The notes beneath the pieces were generated by a model. It was not told the origin of the DNA, searched no databases, and saw only the letters and a program-made list of their open reading frames with translations. From positions 1,536,001-1,600,000 of the forward strand of contig CBDETY010000003.1 of NCBI GenBank assembly GCA_965243025.1: a stretch of DNA of 64,000 nt, in the 5' to 3' direction. This document shows positions 18,485 through 25,557 of this stretch, piece by piece. A program made the translations under genes and the position numbers. Numbering within the stretch: the first letter of the stretch is position 1; each line of letters begins with the position of its first letter. This DNA comes from Candidatus Latescibacterota bacterium (lineage in GTDB: Bacteria; Latescibacterota; UBA2968; UBA8231).

Positions 18485-19834
18485 CTATGAATCCATCCGA
18501 CACGGCATGAGCAGGGCGGCGCGGGACTCTTGCCCTGCCTCGAAGTGAAGGGGAGGATGCTTGTATATCTCCATTGCCCCGAAATGGATCCGTATCTCTT
18601 CCGCGGCGTCCTTCAGCGCCTCCACGATCGTTCTGAGGAAGTCGTGATTGAAGCCGGCCAGGAATGATCCGCCATTCCCGATATCGGCCGCATCCGCCGG
18701 GCAACTCACCGAATGCTCCCAGTTCGGCCGGTCCTCCTGCGGTTCTCCTGACTCTTCCGCGGTCCGGCTGAACCCCAGGTCCCGTGTCGTTCGCAGCCTC
18801 AGGTTCCCCTCGGCGCTCGACACCCGCATCTCCACCAGCGGCATGTATTTCCATCCGCCGTTCACCGGCTCGTGCCGGTCCCGGAGGAACGGCTCGATCT
18901 CCTTCACGCAGGCCATCAGGTGCTCGCTGCGCACCACCGCCAGGACCGGACGGGGAGTGCCGAAAACCTCCTGGTACTTGACGTAAGGTCCGGGAGTAAG
19001 CCGCAGGAAAACCTCGTCTCCCTCAGGGCTCCGCAGGACGGCGGATTCCCCTTCGAGCACCAGGGTTGCCGCCTCCGCCTCCGGGACCATTTCGGATTGC
19101 AGCGAATCGAGGATCACCGGGGCGGGAAGCGAGGCCAGTCCCTTGCTCGGCCAGTCGAGCATCATGGCCCCGTTGGTCGCGACGATCCTGCCCCCGGCGT
19201 CGAGACAGATCCCTTGCAGAACGGGCCTGCCCGGGTCGTCGCTTCGAAAGCGGGCTGCGTGTCTCAGTCCCGCCAGGTCCTCAGGTCCGAGATCGAATGT
19301 CTGTGCGGTGCTGGATTCGGCCATCGTCGCAATCTCCTCGTGCAGGCGTTTCCGGGCTTTCTGCAGCCGGCTCTTCACCGTGTCCGTGCGCAGCTGCAGC
19401 AGGTCGGCGGTCTGCCGGTAGGAGTAGCCCTTGAGGTAGTGGTGGACGATCACGTCCCGGTGGGGCTCGCTCAGCTTTGCCATCGCCTTGCGCACCAGCC
19501 CTGCGATCTCCTTCTCCCCGGTCTCGGGCGGGGTCTCCGGTTCGAGCTGATCGAGAAGGTTGAGCTGGGTGAGGCGGCGCCGCTGCCACATGCGCGCCTT
19601 GTTGTCGGCGATCGAGCACAACCAGGCGCCGAAGCGCTCCGGGGAACGCAGCGCCGCCAGCTGCTGGTACGCGGCGAGCAAAGCCTCCTGCAGGATGTCT
19701 TCGGCCGCCTCTCTCGACCCCAGCCTGCGGACGAGCCGCCCCAGCAGCCACGGAGTGTGCTCCTCGACCAGCATCTCGAAGGCCTTCGAATCTCCGGCCA
19801 GAGCTCTCTTCACCCGGTCGCCGTTCCGGTCCAT
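18485..19834 (-). CDS. ECF sigma factor fused to DNA polymerase III beta-clamp-like C-terminal module
   Basis: sigma2 (AEDILQEALL, FGAWLCSIADN) and sigma4 (GYSYRQTADLLQLRTDTVKSRLQKAR), followed by DnaN-like motifs RPVLQGI, IVATNG, GPYVKYQEVF, GFNHDFL, LLMPCR. Start may be GTG 19840. Confidence 0.85.
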   Translation of the reverse strand: MDRNGDRVKRALAGDSKAFEMLVEEHTPWLLGRLVRRLGSREAAEDILQEALLAAYQQLAALRSPERFGAWLCSIADNKARMWQRRRLTQLNLLDQLEPETPPETGEKEIAGLVRKAMAKLSEPHRDVIVHHYLKGYSYRQTADLLQLRTDTVKSRLQKARKRLHEEIATMAESSTAQTFDLGPEDLAGLRHAARFRSDDPGRPVLQGICLDAGGRIVATNGAMMLDWPSKGLASLPAPVILDSLQSEMVPEAEAATLVLEGESAVLRSPEGDEVFLRLTPGPYVKYQEVFGTPRPVLAVVRSEHLMACVKEIEPFLRDRHEPVNGGWKYMPLVEMRVSSAEGNLRLRTTRDLGFSRTAEESGEPQEDRPNWEHSVSCPADAADIGNGGSFLAGFNHDFLRTIVEALKDAAEEIRIHFGAMEIYKHPPLHFEAGQESRAALLMPCRMDS

Positions 19835-19844
19835 GATCACCCTG

Positions 19845-19872
19845 TAGTTGCCCGCCGGCGGCAAAGGTATCC
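19845..19872 (-). promoter_or_regulatory. Possible autoregulatory ECF promoter (leaderless or short leader)
   Basis: GGATAC-N16-CAACTA ending 4 nt before the in-frame GTG 19840; no SD visible. ECF-like geometry only. Confidence 0.25.
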
Positions 19873-20040
19873 GAAACGGGGCGCCGGTGGGAAAACCCGG
19901 GCGACCCTCCAGGCGCGTGTCGGAAGGGGGGATCCCGTCGCCGGGACGGGATCGATGTTGCCGCCCTCAAGCTGTTGTCGCCGGGGGGATTTGCGTTTTT
20001 TGACTCGAGCGCCCGGTGTGGACCCCGATCCCTGGCAAAC

Positions 20041-20124
20041 TGACGATCCGGCCTTGTTCCTTGACGGGATACACCGTCGAAGCAACGATTCCCAAGGGCA
20101 GATTGACGATTCTCAATGGCAGTA
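20041..20124 (+). repeat. Degenerate 21-bp tandem array (about 4 units)
   Basis: TGACG/TGACG/CAACG/TGACG at 20041, 20062, 20083, 20104; last two units share a 15/17 core ACGATTC(C/T)CAA(G/T)GGCAG. Confidence 0.55.
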
Positions 20125-21344
20125 TGATGATCGATAGACTTGCGTGTGTGTTGCTCCTGCTGGCCCTGGCCTGCGGGGAGGAGGACAAGGGTACGGGGCC
20201 GGTCGCCGGACCAGGTCCGGACACGGTCCCGGAACCCGCTCCCGGGGCTGCGCTTTTCGCTGCGGAGGTGGCGGCTGTTCGTCAAGGGTGTGAAGACGGC
20301 TGCATTCTCGCGGTTGCAACCGGCGAATCCGACGACTACGGGGCGTGCTTTGTTTCCTGTGTGTGGGAAGGTGAGAAGGCGTTGTGGAAGGCCGGGATGT
20401 TGGAGGTCGCCGCCGAGCTGAACGATCAGGGGATCGAGGTCGGGGGCTCATTTTCAGACCTTTCAGACAGGTACTTCCCCGAGATCATCGGCTCCGGGGA
20501 CACTCCTCGCACCTGGGCTTTGAGGCTGGCCTTGAGGATAGCCGCCATGGCGGGTGATGGGGAGTTGGTGCGCTCGGTGTTGGAACAAGGGGCGGGTTTG
20601 CCGGGCAATACAGAAGTTTTTTTCCTGCCTGGCGGGGTGCCGATGGAGTTTGTGAGGATCGAGGGGGGGACGTTCCTGATGGGCTCACCCTCTTCGGAGG
20701 AGGGTCGGGGGAATCATGAAGGTCCGGTGCATGAGGTGGAGATCAGCACGGGCTTCTGGATGGGCAAGTACGAGGTGACGCAGGGGCAGTGGGCGGCGGT
20801 GATGGGGCTGCGACCGTGGACTGGAAGAAACAACGTGGTTGAGGACCCTCTTTATCCGGCGGTGTATGTTTCCTGGGAAGATGCGCAGGCGTTGATCGAG
20901 ATGTTGAACAGTGCCGCGGGTGAGGCACGGTATCGTCTGCCGAGTGAGGCGGAGTGGGAATACGCCTGCCGTGCGGGCACCGGGTCGCCGTGGTCGTTCG
21001 GGGATGACCGGAGTCGGCTTGTCGATTATGGCTGGTACCATGTCAATACGGTGGATGCAGGTGAGGGGTACGCTCATGCGGTAGGTCTGAAGGGTCCGAA
21101 CCCGTGGGGGTTGCACGATATGCACGGGAACGTCTGGGAGTGGGTGCAGGACTGGTTTGACGGGGGCTATTACGAACGATCGCCCCGGGTGGACCCCCAG
21201 GGGCCTGAAACCGGCACATCCCGCGTCCTCCGGGGCGGCCGCTTCGACGATTCCCCCTGGCTGTTGCGGTCAGCCAATCGCCACAACGTCGCGCCGGGCC
21301 TTCGCGGCGAGGGCCTGGGCCTGCGCCTTCTGCTGGTTCCCTGA
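20124..21344 (+). CDS. Lipoprotein with formylglycine-generating-enzyme (FGE-sulfatase/SUMF1) domain
   Basis: Lipobox LALAC; FLMGS, YEVTQGQW, VSWEDA, RLPSEAEWEYACRAG, PNPWGLHDMHGNVWEW, RVLRGG. Confidence 0.88.
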   Translation: MMIDRLACVLLLLALACGEEDKGTGPVAGPGPDTVPEPAPGAALFAAEVAAVRQGCEDGCILAVATGESDDYGACFVSCVWEGEKALWKAGMLEVAAELNDQGIEVGGSFSDLSDRYFPEIIGSGDTPRTWALRLALRIAAMAGDGELVRSVLEQGAGLPGNTEVFFLPGGVPMEFVRIEGGTFLMGSPSSEEGRGNHEGPVHEVEISTGFWMGKYEVTQGQWAAVMGLRPWTGRNNVVEDPLYPAVYVSWEDAQALIEMLNSAAGEARYRLPSEAEWEYACRAGTGSPWSFGDDRSRLVDYGWYHVNTVDAGEGYAHAVGLKGPNPWGLHDMHGNVWEWVQDWFDGGYYERSPRVDPQGPETGTSRVLRGGRFDDSPWLLRSANRHNVAPGLRGEGLGLRLLLVP

Positions 21345-21388
21345 CCTATGTGCTCTTCTTCCCTTGACCGGGAGACCCTTCGCGGTGT

Positions 21389-23398
21389 TTGGCCTCAACA
21401 GGATCTGGCGTGGGAACTCCGATCACATCCCTGACAGCCTGCGGCGCGAACCTCCGGCCTGATCTTCGGGCCGGCGCCGTCACCCTGGACACTCCCCGGA
21501 CCCTGACTCCGGCCCGCAGCCGCGCCGAGTGGCGGGCGCGCGCCGCGTACATCCGCGACCACATCCTCGCCTGCGCCGGACTTCTTCCCCTTCCGGAGAG
21601 GACGCCGCTCAATCCCGAAATCTTCGAGCCGCTTCGAAGGGAGGGGTACTCGGTCGAGAAGGTGTTCTTCGAGAGCTTTCCGGGTTACCTGGTCTGCGGC
21701 AACCTCTACCGGCCGCTGCGGCCGGGGAAGACCCGCTTTCCAGGGATCGCGCATCCGCACGGACACTGGTCGGGGGGCCGCCTCGAAAACGGGGGTGCCT
21801 GCTCGGTCCCGGGCCGCTGCATCGAGCTGGCGAGGCGGGGGTTCGTAAGCTTCTCCTGGGACATGGCCGGGTACGTCGACAGCTGCCAGATCGCCCACCG
21901 CGCCTTCGGCGGCTCCCGCGAGGACCTGTGGGGGATCGGCGCCCTCGGCATCCAGCTCTGGAACAGCATCCGCGCCCTCGACTTCCTGCAGAGCCTTCCC
22001 GACGTCGACGGCAGCCGCATCGGCTGCACCGGCGCCTCGGGAGGCGGCACCCAGACTTTCCTGCTGACTGCGGTGGACGACCGGGTTACCGCGTCGGCGC
22101 CGGTCAACATGGTCTCCGCTCACATGCAGGGGGGCTGCGTGTGCGAGAACCAGAGCCACCTTCGCGTCGACATCGACAACGTCGAGATCGCCGCCGCGGC
22201 CGCCCCGAGGCCGCAGCTCCTCGTCGCCGCCACCGGCGACTGGACCGCCAACACCCTGGAGCACGAGTACCCTTTCGTGCGCTCGGTGTACCGGCTCTTC
22301 GGCGCCGCCGCGAAAGTGAGCGCGGTGCGCTTCGACGCCCCCCACAACTACCACCGGGGAAGCCGCGAGGCGGTGTACGCCTTCTTCGAGCGCTGGCTGC
22401 TCGGGTCGCGCCGCCGCAGCCGTCCGGAAGCGCCCCTGCAGGTCGAGGCCGAGGAGGACCTTCGGGTTTTCTCCCGCCGCCCCCGGCCGCGGTCGACGCT
22501 GCGCCGCAACGAGGTCGTCCCCGCCCTGGTGGGGCGGGCGGAGAGCCGGATGGGCTCGTTCGAGATCCGCACTCCGAAGGATCTGGACAGGTTCCGCCAG
22601 GCCATGGGCCCGGCCCTTGAGCACGCCCTCGCCGCGCACCTTCCCGATGAGGTCGCCGCCCGCGACTGCGGCCGCTCGAGAATCGAGGGCGGGTACCTGG
22701 AGCGCTTCGCTCTCGGCCGTCCGGGAACGGGCGACTCGGTTCCGGCGATCCTGGTCTCGCCCCTGCCCCTGCGGGACCGGGGCCCGGTCACCCTGCTGCT
22801 GCACCCGGCGGGGAAGGCGGCCGGGTGGCGCGGGGAGCGCCTGCCGCGGCTGGTCGCCGCACTCCTGGGGAGGGGGCAGCAGGTGCTCGCCGTCGATCTG
22901 TTCGGAACCGGTGAGGCCGGACCCCCGGAAAAGGTGGCAGCCGGGGAGATCCACCATTTCTTCACCTACAACCGGACCCCGGCCGCCAACCAGGTTCAGG
23001 ACATCCTGACGGCGCTGGCGTTCGCCCGGCAAACCGGCGGCGGGCCCGTCAACCTGCTGGCCCTGAAGGGAACCGGCGTCGCCGCCCTGCTGGGGCGAGC
23101 CCTGGCTCCCCGGGTGGGCAGCGCCTGCCTTTCGCTGGCCTCCTTCGCCTTCGAGGACCGCAGCTGGCTCCGGCACTGTTTCGTCCCCGGGGTGCGCAGC
23201 GCCGGGGACGTGCGCACCGCCCTGGCCCTGGCGGCTCCCGGCCGCCTGTTCCTTCACGGGGCGGGTCGCGGTTTTCCCGCGGCCTGGGCCCGGAAGGCGT
23301 ACCGGGCCGCGGGCCGGCCGCGTTCGCTGCGTCTGTCGCCGCGGCCGGCCCCGTTGGCAGAGATGGTCCGATGGACAGCGGCGGTTTCGCGGGGTTGA
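21389..23398 (+). CDS. Two-domain alpha/beta hydrolase (acetyl xylan esterase-like); start uncertain
   Basis: HPHGHW, NSIRALDFL, IGCTGASGGGTQT nucleophile elbow, APRPQL, HNY; second degenerate hydrolase fold. Confidence 0.8.
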   Translation: MASTGSGVGTPITSLTACGANLRPDLRAGAVTLDTPRTLTPARSRAEWRARAAYIRDHILACAGLLPLPERTPLNPEIFEPLRREGYSVEKVFFESFPGYLVCGNLYRPLRPGKTRFPGIAHPHGHWSGGRLENGGACSVPGRCIELARRGFVSFSWDMAGYVDSCQIAHRAFGGSREDLWGIGALGIQLWNSIRALDFLQSLPDVDGSRIGCTGASGGGTQTFLLTAVDDRVTASAPVNMVSAHMQGGCVCENQSHLRVDIDNVEIAAAAAPRPQLLVAATGDWTANTLEHEYPFVRSVYRLFGAAAKVSAVRFDAPHNYHRGSREAVYAFFERWLLGSRRRSRPEAPLQVEAEEDLRVFSRRPRPRSTLRRNEVVPALVGRAESRMGSFEIRTPKDLDRFRQAMGPALEHALAAHLPDEVAARDCGRSRIEGGYLERFALGRPGTGDSVPAILVSPLPLRDRGPVTLLLHPAGKAAGWRGERLPRLVAALLGRGQQVLAVDLFGTGEAGPPEKVAAGEIHHFFTYNRTPAANQVQDILTALAFARQTGGGPVNLLALKGTGVAALLGRALAPRVGSACLSLASFAFEDRSWLRHCFVPGVRSAGDVRTALALAAPGRLFLHGAGRGFPAAWARKAYRAAGRPRSLRLSPRPAPLAEMVRWTAAVSRG

Positions 23399-23476
23399 TC
23401 GGGACCTGCGCGGCGCCCGGTGTGAATCGCTGACCGGAATGGCGAGTTTGTGGGAAAGGAGGCAAGGAAGAGGACG

Positions 23477-24733
23477 ATGAGCAGCGGGGACCGCAACGAC
23501 GTGCTGGTGATCGGCGGGGGGGCAATCGGTGTGGCCAGCGCCTACTACCTGGCGCGCCGGGGGGCCGCGGTCGCCCTGGTGGAGAAGGGGGAGGTCTGCT
23601 CCGGCTGCTCCTACGGCAACGCCGGTCTGCTGGTTCCCAGCCACAGCATTCCCCTTGCGGCCCCGGGGGTGGTTGCCCAGGGGTTGAAGTGGATGGGGCG
23701 CCCGGACAGCCCCTTCTACATCCGTCCCCGCGTCGACGCGCAGCTGATCCGCTGGCTGTGGCGGTTCTACCGCTCCGCCAACCACCGCCACGTGCGCCGC
23801 TCCGTGCCCCTGCTGCGCGACCTGAGCTTCGCCAGCCTCGAGCTCTACGACGAGCTCGACCGCATCGAGGGGTTCGACTTCGACCTTGTCCGCAACGGCT
23901 ATCTGCAGGTGGGGAAGGAGGGGTACAGCAACGAGGACGCCGAGGTCCGGATACTCAACGAGGCCGGGGTCGTCGCTGAGGTCCTGACCCGGGAGGAAGC
24001 CCAGGAGCTGGTGCCGGAGACCGGGCTGGAGATCGGCGGAGCCATCCACTTTCCCCAGGACTGGAACCTTTCGCCGCACCGTTTCGTCACCGGGCTCGCC
24101 GCCCAGGCGGCCGCCCTCGGGGCCGACATCCGCACCGGCACCGAGGTGCTCGGGTTCGAGCGCAACGGCTCCCGGGTCTCCCTGGTGAAGACAACGCGCG
24201 GCGACTTCAGCCCCGGCGAGATCGTGCTGGCCGCCGGTTCCTGGTCTCCCGTGGTGGCGCGCGACCTCTCCCTGTCCCTGCCGATCCAGGCTGGCAAGGG
24301 GTACAGCGTCACCTGCAAACGCCCGCCCCAGGCGCCGTCGGTCCCGATCTCCCTGGCCGAGGCCAGGGTGGGGGTTTCCGCGATGGGGGATTTCCTGCGG
24401 TTCGCCGGCACCCTCGAGCTGTCCGGGCTCACCCTCTACCTCGATCCGGTGCGGGTAGCCGCCATCCTGAAGGCGGTTCCCGAATACATGCCGGGCCTCG
24501 ACCCCGGAAAGCTGGAGATGGTCGAGATCTGGCGCGGCATGCGGCCCTGCACTCCGGACGGCCTGCCCCTGCTCGGACGCCCCGAAAGCCTCGCCAACCT
24601 CACCGTGGCCGCCGGCCACGCCATGATCGGGATCTCCCTGGCACCGGTCACCGGCAAGCTCGTCAGCGAGATCGTCTGCGGCGAGGAGCCGGGGATCGAC
24701 CTCGCCCTGACCCGGCCGGAGCGGTTCGGCTGA
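23477..24733 (+). CDS. FAD-dependent D-amino acid dehydrogenase (DadA family)
   Basis: VIGGGAIG, CSYGNAG, GKGYS, GMRPCTPDGLP, GHAMIGISLAPVTG. Confidence 0.88.
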   Translation: MSSGDRNDVLVIGGGAIGVASAYYLARRGAAVALVEKGEVCSGCSYGNAGLLVPSHSIPLAAPGVVAQGLKWMGRPDSPFYIRPRVDAQLIRWLWRFYRSANHRHVRRSVPLLRDLSFASLELYDELDRIEGFDFDLVRNGYLQVGKEGYSNEDAEVRILNEAGVVAEVLTREEAQELVPETGLEIGGAIHFPQDWNLSPHRFVTGLAAQAAALGADIRTGTEVLGFERNGSRVSLVKTTRGDFSPGEIVLAAGSWSPVVARDLSLSLPIQAGKGYSVTCKRPPQAPSVPISLAEARVGVSAMGDFLRFAGTLELSGLTLYLDPVRVAAILKAVPEYMPGLDPGKLEMVEIWRGMRPCTPDGLPLLGRPESLANLTVAAGHAMIGISLAPVTGKLVSEIVCGEEPGIDLALTRPERFG

Positions 24734-25557
24734 TGGCGGACAAGGCCGGGCTCCGGGAGATGAAGCGGGCGGGGCGGAAAATCACCGTGCTCACCTGCTA
24801 CGACTACCCTACCGCCCTGTGGGAGGAGGAGGCCGGGGTCGACGTCGTCTTCGTCGGTGACAGCGTCGGCACCAACGTCCTCGGATACGCCAGCGAAACC
24901 GAGGTGACCATGGAGGACATGGCTCACCATCTGAAGGCGGTGCGCCGGGGGGTCGGGGAAGCCTACCTGCTGGCCGACCTGCCATTCGGCTCGGCCGACA
25001 CTCCGGGGCAGGCGGTGGAGAACGGCCTGCGCCTGGCTTCGCTGGGGGCGGACGGGGTCAAGCTCGAGGGGTTCAAGCCGGAAGCGGTCCGCGCCCTGAT
25101 CGCAGAGGGCCTCGACGTGTGGGGGCACCTCGGCCTTACTCCCCAGTTCCACAGGGAGCGGGCCCTGCAGGCGAAGACCGCGGAAGGCGCCGCGGAGCTG
25201 GTCTCCCGGAGTATGGAACTGGAGCGGGCGGGAGCGGATTTCCTCGTTCTGGAGGCGGTGCCGGAGGAGGTGGCCGCCGCCGTTACCCGGCGCCTGGCCA
25301 TCCCGACCATCGGCATTGCCGCGGGCCGCGGCACCGACGGCCAGGTGATCGTCGTCTCCGACCTGCTCGGCGCCTCCGCACTCGAGCTGCGCCACGTCGA
25401 CCGCCTCGCCGACAGCAGGGCGGAAGGGGTGCGGGCAATCAGGGCCTTTGTCGAAGGGGTGCGGGAAGGGAGCTTTCCCGCCGAAAGGCACGTGCGCCAC
25501 ATGAGCCGGGGCGAGCTCGGGAAGTTCGAGGCGGGTGCCCGGCCGAAGGGCAGCTAG
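24733..25557 (+). CDS. panB: 3-methyl-2-oxobutanoate hydroxymethyltransferase
   Basis: LTCYDY, VGDS, ADLPFGS, VKLEG, GHLGLTPQ, PTIGIAAG, DGQVIV. Confidence 0.93.
   Translation: MADKAGLREMKRAGRKITVLTCYDYPTALWEEEAGVDVVFVGDSVGTNVLGYASETEVTMEDMAHHLKAVRRGVGEAYLLADLPFGSADTPGQAVENGLRLASLGADGVKLEGFKPEAVRALIAEGLDVWGHLGLTPQFHRERALQAKTAEGAAELVSRSMELERAGADFLVLEAVPEEVAAAVTRRLAIPTIGIAAGRGTDGQVIVVSDLLGASALELRHVDRLADSRAEGVRAIRAFVEGVREGSFPAERHVRHMSRGELGKFEAGARPKGS

Noticed and set aside
18485-19324. Genuine replicative dnaN gene or oriC region
   Set aside because: Lacks domain I, is fused to a sigma factor, and no dnaA/recF/gyrB or DnaA-box cluster is nearby
20020-20124. CRISPR array
   Set aside because: Units are contiguous, degenerate 21-mers without unique spacers; no cas genes
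21180-21344. Complete diversity-generating retroelement
   Set aside because: No reverse transcriptase, Avd or template repeat visible in the window; kept only as a remote-target hypothesis
21395-24619. 1074-aa minus-strand ORF and many other long antisense or alternate-frame ORFs (e.g. 48411-50927, 35314-37611, 3865-5616)
   Set aside because: Shadow ORFs of high-GC coding genes: Arg/Pro/Gly-rich, no motifs, fully overlapping well-supported genes
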